From NCBI GenBank assembly GCA_964617995.1, contig CAZTXD010000001.1:6383-70382 (forward strand): a stretch of 64,000 bases of DNA, given 5' to 3'. The notes beneath the pieces were generated by a model that saw nothing but the letters and a program-made list of their open reading frames with translations, made no database searches and was not told where the DNA came from. Positions 30,354 through 39,116 of the stretch are shown piece by piece. Position numbers and translations under genes: made by a program. This stretch comes from an uncultured Acidimicrobiaceae bacterium. GTDB taxonomy: Bacteria; Actinomycetota; Acidimicrobiia; Spongiisociales; ZC4RG35. Position 1 is the first letter of the stretch, and each line of letters starts with the position of its first letter.

Positions 30354-31792
30354 GCACGGGGGTAGGGCTTCGCCGCCGCCTCATCTGGTCCCTCATCGGC
30401 GTGATCGCAGTCACAGTCACGATCGTGGGGACGGCCTCCGCCGTCCTCGTCGATCGATCACTCCGCGGCCGTCTGGTGGCCAACGCCGTCGCCTCCGCCG
30501 AGTTCAATCTCACGGTCCTCGCTCCGGCCGCGGGGCTGGGGGCGTCACCGTCCGCGGCCCAGGTGGAGGACTCAGGAGTCCTCGACCGGATCCTGAGCCG
30601 GGAGATCGACGGGGTCTGGGTCGAGATGGACGACGGAGCGAGACTCTCAACCGGTGCCGGCCAGGCCGACGTATCCGACGATCTCCGTGAGATCGCCGAC
30701 GGCGGGGAGATCGGATATGAGTTCACGGGTTCGTTGCGTGGCCCGGTGCTGGTCACGGCGGCACGCCTGCCGCCCTCGGGACCGAACTTCTTCTTCGTCA
30801 CATCGACTGCGGCGATCTCCGACATCATCCGGCAGATCATCTGGGTGATCGCAGGTACAGGTACCGCCGCGGTTCTAATCGGCTCGTTGGTGGCGTCCGG
30901 GCTGGCCCACCGACTGCTCGTTCCGGTTTCGGCGGCACGGGAGGCCGCCGAGAGGATGGCGGACGGCGACCTCGGTGTGCGCCTGCCCGCAGGAGGCGGC
31001 GACGAGTTCGGTCAGCTATCGGACTCCTTCAACCGTATGGCCCGCTCCCTCAGCGAGACGATCGAAGAGCTGGAACAGGCCCGATCACGCGAGCGACGTT
31101 TCGTGGCGGACGTGTCCCATGAGCTGCGCACGCCACTGACCGGCCTGGTCAACGAGGCCCGGATCCTGGCAGACAAGCTGGGATCGGCGACCGAGGTCGA
31201 CGACGACCATCGCGCCATCGCGGCGATGCTCGACGGCGACGTCGCCCGGTTGCGTCATCTGGTCGAAGATCTGCTGGAGATGTCGCGCCTCGACAGCGGG
31301 GAGACGGGCGCCGAGATGACCGACGTGGACGTCACTGCTTTTCTGGAGGCTCTGGCGGGAGGCCGCCACCCGGGTGCGACCGTCGTCTCCGATGTCACCC
31401 ACCCGATCGCGACGGACCCGCGGGCGCTGGAGAGGATCGTGGGCAACCTCCTCGACAACGCCCGGCTGCACGCCCCCGGCGCGGAAACGACCGTCAACGC
31501 CTCCCTCCAGGCCCGCCATCTCGTAGTCGAGGTGGCCGACAGGGGCCCGGGTGTCGATCCCGACCGCCTCGATGGCCTCTTCGAACGTTTCTCCACCGGG
31601 GACCCGGCACGGAGCGCGGGTACGGGTCTGGGACTGGCGATCGCCTCCCAGCACGCCCATCGCCTCGGAGGCGACCTGCGAGCCGACCTCCGGCCGGGGG
31701 GCGGCCTGTCGATGACGCTCCGTGTACCTGTTGGGGAACTGTTACACGACGGTGACGGCTCTGCGATTCCTCTGCCTCACTCTGATGGATGA
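30350..31792 (+). CDS. mtrB: Sensor histidine kinase, MtrB-like
   Basis: 480 aa. Two TM helices, a HAMP domain, an H-box (VSHELRTPLTGL) and HATPase G-boxes. ATGA overlaps with both neighbours. Confidence 0.7.
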   Translation: MSTGVGLRRRLIWSLIGVIAVTVTIVGTASAVLVDRSLRGRLVANAVASAEFNLTVLAPAAGLGASPSAAQVEDSGVLDRILSREIDGVWVEMDDGARLSTGAGQADVSDDLREIADGGEIGYEFTGSLRGPVLVTAARLPPSGPNFFFVTSTAAISDIIRQIIWVIAGTGTAAVLIGSLVASGLAHRLLVPVSAAREAAERMADGDLGVRLPAGGGDEFGQLSDSFNRMARSLSETIEELEQARSRERRFVADVSHELRTPLTGLVNEARILADKLGSATEVDDDHRAIAAMLDGDVARLRHLVEDLLEMSRLDSGETGAEMTDVDVTAFLEALAGGRHPGATVVSDVTHPIATDPRALERIVGNLLDNARLHAPGAETTVNASLQARHLVVEVADRGPGVDPDRLDGLFERFSTGDPARSAGTGLGLAIASQHAHRLGGDLRADLRPGGGLSMTLRVPVGELLHDGDGSAIPLPHSDG

Positions 31793-33267
31793 AACTCGGA
31801 CAAGGAGTGATCTTGCGTAGGTTCATCCCTCTCATCTCCGTTCTGGCTCTCGTGTCGGCCTGCGGTTCATCGGGCGCTCAGAGCGGCGGCCCTCTGACGG
31901 TGCCGACCACGGCAACGACACCCGCCACGTCGCCGGGTCCGGACACGACCACCCCCCCGGTCAGTACCAGCACCGTGGTCACCGACAGCACTCCTACCAC
32001 CACCGTGCCGGGAACACCCACGACCGCCGGGCCCACCCAGCCGCGGGCGGCGACCATTACGGTCTTCTTCCTGAACGATTCGGGTGAGGCGATCCCGACC
32101 ACGCGCCCGACCACGACGAGCGCAGTGGCGAGGGCAGCTCTCGACGCTTTGATAGCCGGCCCCGACGCTCCCGAACACGCCGCCGGTCTTTCAACGGAGT
32201 TCCCCGCCGACAGCCTCGTCCTGGGCGTGGCCGTCTCCTCGGGTCTCGCCCGGGTGGACATGTCGCGGGAGTTCGAGGCGGGAGGTGGTTCGGCTTCGGT
32301 GCTGGGACGGCTTGCCCAGCTCGTCTACACGTTGACGGAGTTCGACAGCATCGATCGGGTCCAGCTGCTGCTAGACGGCGAGAGTATCGAGTACTTCTCC
32401 GGTGAGGGGGTGCTGGTCGGTTCGCCGCTCACCCGGAGCGACTTCACCGGAGCGGTGCCGATCGGGGCCACGCACGAGGGCTCGGGCTCGAGCACCTGGG
32501 ACCAGGACGACCTACCCATCGTGAGGATCGGAGATCCCGCCGTCCACAGGGTGGTCCTGGTCGCCGGCGACGACTTCCTCAACGTCCGTGACGCCGCCGG
32601 CGTGGAGGGAGAGATCATCGGGCGCTTGCTCGGCGGTGTGGCGGTTCGTACCACCGGTGAGTCGGCGACGGTGGGGTCATCGACATGGATGCGGATATCG
32701 ACCCCGGCGGGGCCGGGCTGGGTGAACGGGTTCTATCTCACCCGGTCTGTGGCCGGCGACGACTTCCCCGATGGCACCGACCCGTTGGCCGTGGTCGCGG
32801 AGCTGGCTGATCGGTTCGCCTCGGGTGAGGACTTCACCGACCTGGTGTCGAAGAAGGGCCTGTGGGTGGCTCATCACGACTCACCGATCCGGTTCCAGGT
32901 AGGGGAGATACGCGGACTCCTCGCCGATCCCACCACCTATCGTTGGGGCTCCAACGCCCTCGAACCCGGAAGCCCCGAGATCCAGCCCCGGACCTTCGCG
33001 GAGGCGGTGGCGGAGACATTCGTCGACACCTACGACGATCCCGACCGCCAACTTCACGTCAACCGGGCGGTGGAAGGGCCCAACGGACGTCCCGTCGAGT
33101 TCGCCGTACCCACCGAGTTCGGCGGATTCCCCTTCGTGGTCGTCTACGACCCCGGAGATGAAGCCCGTTATGAGGGTCTCGACTGGATGAGCTGGCTGGT
33201 GTCCCTCTCCTACGAGGATGGCGCGCTGAAGGTGGTGGGACTCACCATCGACCAGTGGGCTCCCTGA
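31789..33267 (+). CDS. lpqB: Lipoprotein LpqB-like (GerMN domain)
   Basis: 492 aa. Signal peptide with lipobox LVSAC, a Thr/Pro-rich linker and a GerMN domain. Completes the mtrA-mtrB-lpqB triad. Confidence 0.65.
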   Translation: MKLGQGVILRRFIPLISVLALVSACGSSGAQSGGPLTVPTTATTPATSPGPDTTTPPVSTSTVVTDSTPTTTVPGTPTTAGPTQPRAATITVFFLNDSGEAIPTTRPTTTSAVARAALDALIAGPDAPEHAAGLSTEFPADSLVLGVAVSSGLARVDMSREFEAGGGSASVLGRLAQLVYTLTEFDSIDRVQLLLDGESIEYFSGEGVLVGSPLTRSDFTGAVPIGATHEGSGSSTWDQDDLPIVRIGDPAVHRVVLVAGDDFLNVRDAAGVEGEIIGRLLGGVAVRTTGESATVGSSTWMRISTPAGPGWVNGFYLTRSVAGDDFPDGTDPLAVVAELADRFASGEDFTDLVSKKGLWVAHHDSPIRFQVGEIRGLLADPTTYRWGSNALEPGSPEIQPRTFAEAVAETFVDTYDDPDRQLHVNRAVEGPNGRPVEFAVPTEFGGFPFVVVYDPGDEARYEGLDWMSWLVSLSYEDGALKVVGLTIDQWAP

Positions 33268-33297
33268 TCCCGGCGGGACCGAGAATGACCTCCCCCA

Positions 33298-34779
33298 TCA
33301 CGGATAGTGATCGGGGAGGTCGTTTTCGTAGAGGACGGTGTCTCCCTGCCCCAGATGCTCGCGCACCCAGGAGACGGCGTGGTCCCGGTCGGCCACCTGA
33401 GTCGTTCGCATCCCGGCCATCGAGGCACCCTCCGAGAGCGCCTCCCGGTTGGTGCTGCCCACCACCACGAGCTCGTCGGCGACGCGTCCCGCCTCGAACG
33501 CGAACGCCCGGTTCTCCTCGTGCTGGCGGGGCCCCAGCTCGACCATCCCCGGGGTGACCACCACCCGCCTCCCCGGCACGGGCATTTCCTCCAGGACCCG
33601 CAGTGCCGTCCGGGCACCCGCCGGGTTGGAGTTGAAGGTGTCGTCGATCACCACCACTCCCCGGGACCCCGTCACGACGGTACGCCTGTGCTCCGGTTCG
33701 GAGAGGCCGGGGAGACGCCGCGAGAGGGCTACCGGTTCGATACCCAATGCCACGGCCACGCCCACGGCGCAGGCGACGTTCCCGGGATGACCAGGGGAGG
33801 GGGCGTCGCCCACTGCCTCTCCACCGACCAACACCCGGCCATCCGCCACGGTGACGTCCAGCCCTTCGGCCGTCCCGACGCGAATCACCCTCCTCCGGGC
33901 CTCGTGGGTTTCGGCCAGGGTGGCCAGCCTCGGGTCGTCGACGTTGAGGACGGCGACGCGGGCTCCTTCCAGGATCTCCGCCTTGGCGGCTACGATTCGC
34001 TCCTCGGTCCGGAATCGCTCGAGGTGCACCGGTCCGATGGCTGTGATGACGGCGATGTCGGGGGGTATCCAGCTACAGAGATCGGCGATCTCCCCGGGGC
34101 CGTAGGTGCCCATCTCGGCCACGAACACGTCGACGTCACCAGCGAGATGCTCGTTCACGGCGCGAGCGAGCCCCATCCGGTTGTTGAACGAGGCCGGGCT
34201 CGCCAGCACACGTCGCTCCGATGCCAGCAGCTGGGCGACATATCCCTTCGTGGTCGTCTTGCCGTAAGACCCTGTGATGGCGACCACCTCGGCGCCCGAT
34301 CGTCGAAGCGCTGCCGCGGCCGTCGCCACCCACGGTCCTCCCAGGCGTCTCTCCAGGGGGGCGAGCACCGCCAGTGCGACATCGAAGAGCACCGGGAGCG
34401 CCGCCACCGTGACCGCCGCCACGACCGGCCGACTCGACCATCCGATCGAGAGCCCGACGGCGGCCATCGCCCCCACGGCAACCGCGAGTCGCCTGAGACG
34501 AGGGGTCCACGCCAGCGGCGAGGTTCGCCCCTTGACACCGAGACCGGGGGGCCCCATCGCCACCGCCACCGCTGCCACCAGCGCTGCCGGCGGCTGCCAG
34601 GTAGATGCGACCACGGCGACGGCGGTCAGGGCGGCCAGGGTCACAGCTCTGGAGTCGGCCGTCCACCAGCGCCGGGCGAACCTGATCACCGAGCCGGCCA
34701 GGTAGTGCTCTCTCTGCGCGACCCGCAGCCACCGCAGAGAAGACAGCACCGCCGAGCCTGCCAGGGCGACGACTATCAC
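33298..34779 (-). CDS. Membrane-anchored Mur-ligase-family protein (MurF-like)
   Basis: About 493 aa from the GTG at 34779, which overlaps the upstream stop (GTGA). About 190 N-terminal residues contain 4-5 TM helices. The Mur ligase P-loop ITGSYGKTTTK and a central/C-terminal domain follow. Confidence 0.6.
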   Translation of the reverse strand: MIVVALAGSAVLSSLRWLRVAQREHYLAGSVIRFARRWWTADSRAVTLAALTAVAVVASTWQPPAALVAAVAVAMGPPGLGVKGRTSPLAWTPRLRRLAVAVGAMAAVGLSIGWSSRPVVAAVTVAALPVLFDVALAVLAPLERRLGGPWVATAAAALRRSGAEVVAITGSYGKTTTKGYVAQLLASERRVLASPASFNNRMGLARAVNEHLAGDVDVFVAEMGTYGPGEIADLCSWIPPDIAVITAIGPVHLERFRTEERIVAAKAEILEGARVAVLNVDDPRLATLAETHEARRRVIRVGTAEGLDVTVADGRVLVGGEAVGDAPSPGHPGNVACAVGVAVALGIEPVALSRRLPGLSEPEHRRTVVTGSRGVVVIDDTFNSNPAGARTALRVLEEMPVPGRRVVVTPGMVELGPRQHEENRAFAFEAGRVADELVVVGSTNREALSEGASMAGMRTTQVADRDHAVSWVREHLGQGDTVLYENDLPDHYP

Positions 34780-35540
34780 GGACCGCAACCGGGGTTCCCT
34801 TCCAGCATCCTGATGACGGCGCTGCGCAGGGCTTCGGCTGCTTGGAGCGGCACATGGTGGCCGATGCCCTCCAGCACCTCGACCTCGACCGGAGACCCCG
34901 ACGACTCGACAATACGGGCGGCCTCGGTGGCGACCCCGACCGGCACCTCGGTGTCGTCGGCTCCCCATAGGAGATGTACGGGCACACCCAGCTTCGACAG
35001 CTCATCCTCGTAGGACTCGTTGACGGTCGCTACGAGGACCTCCCGCATCACCCCCGACGCCGACCGGTAGTCGTTGGAGCCGCGGCGACGCCGCTGTCTC
35101 TCCAGTGCGGCGTCGGAAACCACACCGATACGGTTGCCGAGCCGGATGATCCGGTACGCCAGGGTGGGCCGCCGCCCTGGCGCCGGCCGTACCAGCGGGC
35201 TGGCGGTCACGACCAGGCCTCTGGCCGACCCCGGATGATGAGCCTGACGAGTCACCGCCACCCGCCCCCCGAAGGAGTGACCCACCATCACAGGAGGCGC
35301 GTCGAACAGCTCCCACGCCGCGCCGATCAGCTCGGCGTAGCCGGCGGCGCCCATGGCCGTGGCCGGAGGAGGGGAGGCGCCGAAGCCGGGCAGGTCGATG
35401 GCGAGGGCATCGAGGCCCTCGAGAGCCGCCGCGAAGTCGGCGCCGCGTCTGGCCCAACCGTGGAGGGCCAGGACTCTCGGAGAGCCGCTACCGAACCTCT
35501 CCGCGAAGAGGGAACCGCCGTCGATCGTTATGAGAGGCAT
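34776..35540 (-). CDS. Alpha/beta-hydrolase fold protein
   Basis: 254 aa from an internal ATG (MPLITIDGGSLFAERFGSGSP...). Nucleophile elbow GHSFGG. The upstream part of the listed ORF is antisense shadow. Confidence 0.65.
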   Translation of the reverse strand: MPLITIDGGSLFAERFGSGSPRVLALHGWARRGADFAAALEGLDALAIDLPGFGASPPPATAMGAAGYAELIGAAWELFDAPPVMVGHSFGGRVAVTRQAHHPGSARGLVVTASPLVRPAPGRRPTLAYRIIRLGNRIGVVSDAALERQRRRRGSNDYRSASGVMREVLVATVNESYEDELSKLGVPVHLLWGADDTEVPVGVATEAARIVESSGSPVEVEVLEGIGHHVPLQAAEALRSAVIRMLEGNPGCGP

Positions 35541-35598
35541 CGGGACAGTGAACCTATAGAGACCGGGGAGCCTTTCGAGGATACTGTGGGGCACCCCC

Positions 35599-37410
35599 AT
35601 GACGATCCCTATCAGAGTTCCCGGTTCGCCGGCCGACACCGGCGAGGGTTCGATGACGCGCTTTCGCGCGTCTGTCCAGCGCCGCTCGGTCGCCCTGGGT
35701 TGGATCGCCATAATCGTCCTCGCGGTCCAGGCGGTGAGGACATCGGTCTTCCAGGAGACACGCTTTCTCGTCCCGATAGTGGCGGTGGCCCTGCTGCTGG
35801 TCATATCCGCCCTCGTCGACTGGGATCGCCTCATGGCAAGCCGCCACGCCGGGTGGGCGGCCTGGGGCTGGATCGTCGGCGTGACGTTGTCCACCGGGGT
35901 GATGGCCACGGTGCCCGAGCTGGCATTGATAACCCAGCCCATCTTCTTCGGGCTGGTCGCTTTGTCGGGGTTGGTCCTGGAACGACCGAGACATGCCTTC
36001 GTGACCGTGCTCGCCTCGGCAACCGTCCTGCTGTCAGCCCTCCTCACCGGTTCGACCAACGATGTGACCGAGCTGATCGTCCCCCTCATGTCGTTGGCGA
36101 CCGTGGCGGTGGCCACGTCGATACTCGGTGTCGAGTTCGAGCGGGCAGTCGAGCGCAGCGGTCACCGGTTCGTCCAGCTCCAGCGCCAGCGTATCGACTT
36201 CGAACGGCTGTATGCCGTGATGGCGACACTGTCACAGGGTGATTCGCTGTCAGAGGTCCTTCCTCAGCTCGTGGGCACCATATGTCGCTATCTGGACGGC
36301 CAGGTGGGTGTGGTGCTCCTCTACGTTCCCGAGGATCACGCTCTCGAGGTGATGAGCCCGATCTGGGTGAACGGCTATCCCCTCGACATCGGCCGCACCC
36401 GGGTGCGGGTCGCCGAAGCGGGACTCCTCCCCCAGGTGTTCCGGTCGGGGCGTCCTGTTCTCGTGGATCCCGTCAACCCCGCCTCCGGCTCCCACGGCCT
36501 CCTGGCGGAACTGGGACTGGAACGTGCCCTGGTCGCCCCGCTGCGGGTGGAGCAGTTCTCGGTGGGGGTCATCGCCGTGGGTGACGCCGTCAGCGGTGCC
36601 TTCCGTCCGGAGCAGCTCGAGCAGCTCGCGTTCCTGGCCGGCCCCGCCGCCCTGGTCCTGTCCCAGATCGGTCGCTACGAGGAGCAGACGGAGATGAATC
36701 GCCGCCTCGAGGAGGTAGCTCAGATGAAGACCGATTTCGTGTCGGTGGTCAGCCACGAGCTGCGTACTCCCCTGACGTCGATCATCGGCTCACTCGACAC
36801 GGTCAACCGCCCCGAGCTCGCCCCCGAGGCCAACACCGCCCGGGAGCTGATCGTCACCGCCCGGCGCCAGGCCGGGCGTCTGCAGCGACTCATCGAGGAC
36901 CTTCTGATGGTGTCGCGAATCGACCGGGGAGCCATCCCCGTCAACCACGAGACCCTTCGTCTCACCACGGTGGTCGACCATGTGTCCACCGCCCTCCAGA
37001 TCCCCGAATCGATCTCCACCGAGATCCGACCGGAGGATCTGTCGGTGGTGGCCGACCGCGACCACCTGGAGCGCATCTTGATCAACCTGTTGGAGAACGC
37101 CTCCAAGTACGCCCCGGGTAGCCCCATCGAGCTGATCACCCGGATCCGGGGCGACATGGCCGAGATCCGCGTAGTCGACCACGGACCCGGGATCCCGCCC
37201 GATCAGCGAGAGCGGGTGTTCGAGCGCTTCACCCAGGTGGAGGCATCCCAGACCCGTTCGGTCGGGGGGACGGGGTTGGGCCTGTCGATCGTTCGCAGCC
37301 TCGCAGAGGTCATGGGTGGACGGGCCGACGTGGACGAGACACCGGGCGGCGGAGCCACCTTCATCGTCGACCTCCCTCTGGCTAGGCAGGCGGCTCCGAT
37401 CCCTCGTTGA
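35599..37410 (+). CDS. Orphan membrane sensor histidine kinase with GAF domain
   Basis: 603 aa. A polytopic N-terminus, a GAF-like region, HisKA (VSHELRTPLTS) and HATPase_c. No adjacent response regulator. The 3' end overlaps convergent fabI by 29 nt. Confidence 0.7.
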   Translation: MTIPIRVPGSPADTGEGSMTRFRASVQRRSVALGWIAIIVLAVQAVRTSVFQETRFLVPIVAVALLLVISALVDWDRLMASRHAGWAAWGWIVGVTLSTGVMATVPELALITQPIFFGLVALSGLVLERPRHAFVTVLASATVLLSALLTGSTNDVTELIVPLMSLATVAVATSILGVEFERAVERSGHRFVQLQRQRIDFERLYAVMATLSQGDSLSEVLPQLVGTICRYLDGQVGVVLLYVPEDHALEVMSPIWVNGYPLDIGRTRVRVAEAGLLPQVFRSGRPVLVDPVNPASGSHGLLAELGLERALVAPLRVEQFSVGVIAVGDAVSGAFRPEQLEQLAFLAGPAALVLSQIGRYEEQTEMNRRLEEVAQMKTDFVSVVSHELRTPLTSIIGSLDTVNRPELAPEANTARELIVTARRQAGRLQRLIEDLLMVSRIDRGAIPVNHETLRLTTVVDHVSTALQIPESISTEIRPEDLSVVADRDHLERILINLLENASKYAPGSPIELITRIRGDMAEIRVVDHGPGIPPDQRERVFERFTQVEASQTRSVGGTGLGLSIVRSLAEVMGGRADVDETPGGGATFIVDLPLARQAAPIPR

Positions 37411-38182
37411 TCCCGGCCGCCACGGCGTGGAAGCCGCCGTCCACATGGACGATCTCGCCCGACGTCATCGGGGCCCAGTCAGACAGCAAGACACAGATCA
37501 TCCGTGCCACCGGATCAGGATCTGACGGGTCCCATCCGAGGGGCGCCCGCATGCTCCACACCCGATCGAAGGTGTCGAAGCCCGGTATCGACTTGGCTGC
37601 GACCGTTTCGAGAGGCCCCGCCGAGACGGCGTTGACCCTGATCCCCGAGGGGCCGAGGTCGCGGGCCAGATAGCGCGTGACGGACTGGAGAGCGGACTTG
37701 GCCACCCCCATCCAGTCGTAGGCCGGCCACGCCTGCCGGTTGTCGAAGTCGAGTGTCACCAGTGACCCGCCCCCGGCGGCTTCCATCAGCCCTTTCACGG
37801 CCATCGCCAGCGTCTTGTAGGAGAAGGCCGATGTGACGAACGCGGTCTGGGCCGACTCGGCAGGAGTATGGAGGAAATTCCCGCCCAGAGCGTCGTCGGG
37901 AGCATAGGCGATGGCGTGGAGAGCCCCATCGACCCGACCCCAGCGGGCTTCCAGATCCTCGGTGAGGCCCTCCACCTGGGATGGGTCGTTGATGTCTAGC
38001 TCCACCACGTCCGGGACCCGGGGAAGACGCTGCACGGACCGTGTCGTCAGCCGCAGGCCCCGGCCGAAGCCGGTGCAGACGATGTCCGCGCCCTCCTCCA
38101 GGGCCACCCGGGCGACATGCCAGGCGATGGAATCGTCGGTGAGCACTCCGGTGACGACGAGCTTCTTGTCGGTGAGCAGCAT
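37382..38182 (-). CDS. fabI: Enoyl-[acyl-carrier-protein] reductase (NADH), FabI/InhA-like
   Basis: 266 aa. Short-chain dehydrogenase/reductase fold with an InhA-like N-terminus (KLVVTGVLTDDSIA). Confidence 0.8.
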   Translation of the reverse strand: MLLTDKKLVVTGVLTDDSIAWHVARVALEEGADIVCTGFGRGLRLTTRSVQRLPRVPDVVELDINDPSQVEGLTEDLEARWGRVDGALHAIAYAPDDALGGNFLHTPAESAQTAFVTSAFSYKTLAMAVKGLMEAAGGGSLVTLDFDNRQAWPAYDWMGVAKSALQSVTRYLARDLGPSGIRVNAVSAGPLETVAAKSIPGFDTFDRVWSMRAPLGWDPSDPDPVARMICVLLSDWAPMTSGEIVHVDGGFHAVAAGINEGSEPPA

Positions 38183-38207
38183 GAGTTCCTCCTAGCCCGC
38201 CATGATG

Positions 38208-38573
38208 TCAGAAGTCCAGCCCGACGGTGGCGATCGCCCGCAAGCCGAGGCCCATCACGAACAGGAAGAACACACCGTAGGAGAGAGCGGGGCGCCGTCT
38301 CAACTGGGCGCGATAGATGTAGGCGAAAGCGAAGGCGAAGGCGATCACCAATCCGTAGAAGACGTGCTGGTCGCCGACGCTGAAGTCACCTGATGCGGTC
38401 ATGACGACGCCGAGCGCCACCTGGCCGAGGGTGGTGAAACTGGCGACGCCGACACCGGCCCAGAACCAGCGGGACGGCCGGCGTCCCAGCCAGGCCAACG
38501 CCACCCCCCAGATCCCGGTCATCCCGTCGATTACCACCGCCGACCACCCCCAGAGCTCGTGGAGCGATCGCAT
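38208..38573 (-). CDS. Small integral membrane protein (4 TM)
   Basis: 121 aa from an internal ATG (MRSLHELWGW...). The longer listed ORF has a low-complexity R/P-rich N-terminus that is probably non-coding. Confidence 0.4.
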   Translation of the reverse strand: MRSLHELWGWSAVVIDGMTGIWGVALAWLGRRPSRWFWAGVGVASFTTLGQVALGVVMTASGDFSVGDQHVFYGLVIAFAFAFAYIYRAQLRRRPALSYGVFFLFVMGLGLRAIATVGLDF

Positions 38574-38737
38574 CCCGGACGAGGTTAGGTCGGCAGCTCT
38601 GGGCCTCCCGACACGGTTCGGGAAGGGATCGTGATGCGGTAGATTGGGAGAGTGAGTGGATAGGGACGGTTGAGCCGGTCGACCATCGACCTGACCGGCC
38701 GCCTCCTCCGCTCCGTGAGGCGAGGAGCTGCAAGGGT

Positions 38738-39001
38738 ATGTTCGAGGCTGTCGAGTTCGTTGACCGCAAAGAGGAGCCGACCGCACCACCCGAAGAGCGG
38801 ATCCTGGGAACGTTCGTGGACGAGGCCGAGGCGGTCGAGGCGGCACGGAACGCTCGCCGCGAGTTCGACCATCCCGAGGACTACGCCTGGTGGATCGTGC
38901 GCCAGAGTGGCGCACGCGTGGCGCGCTGGATCGCCGACTCCCGCAGCAGCAAGGAGTTCGTGCTCGACCTCACCTCAGGCGAGCTCGTCGAGGTGGAATG
39001 A
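38738..39001 (+). CDS. Small acidic hypothetical protein
   Basis: 87 aa ORF, not overlapped on either strand, with reasonable codon usage. Followed immediately by a heptamer microsatellite. Confidence 0.3.
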   Translation: MFEAVEFVDRKEEPTAPPEERILGTFVDEAEAVEAARNARREFDHPEDYAWWIVRQSGARVARWIADSRSSKEFVLDLTSGELVEVE

Positions 39002-39064
39002 GTCGGAAGTCGGAAGTCGGAAGTCGGAAGTCGGAAGTCGGAAGTCGGTTTTCGGTGGTCGGTT
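39001..39064. repeat. Tandem heptanucleotide repeat (AGTCGGA)x5 followed by two degenerate 14-mers (GTCGGTTTTCGGTR)
   Basis: Perfect 7-nt units seen directly in the sequence. They are non-coding because 7 is not a multiple of 3. An inverted AACCGA partner lies at about 39068-39096. Confidence 0.8.
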
Positions 39065-39116
39065 TTCGGTAGGCAAGAACCGATGACTGACAACCGACAA
39101 CGGGGTCTCCCCTAGG

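Noticed and set aside
39001-39064. Considered whether the tandem repeat is a CRISPR array.
   Set aside because: The units are 7 bp with no spacers, so it is a simple microsatellite. No cas genes are present.
38881-39093. 70-aa minus-strand ORF with repeated PTSDFRL units.
   Set aside because: It is a translation artefact of the heptamer and 14-mer tandem repeats, not a real repeat protein.
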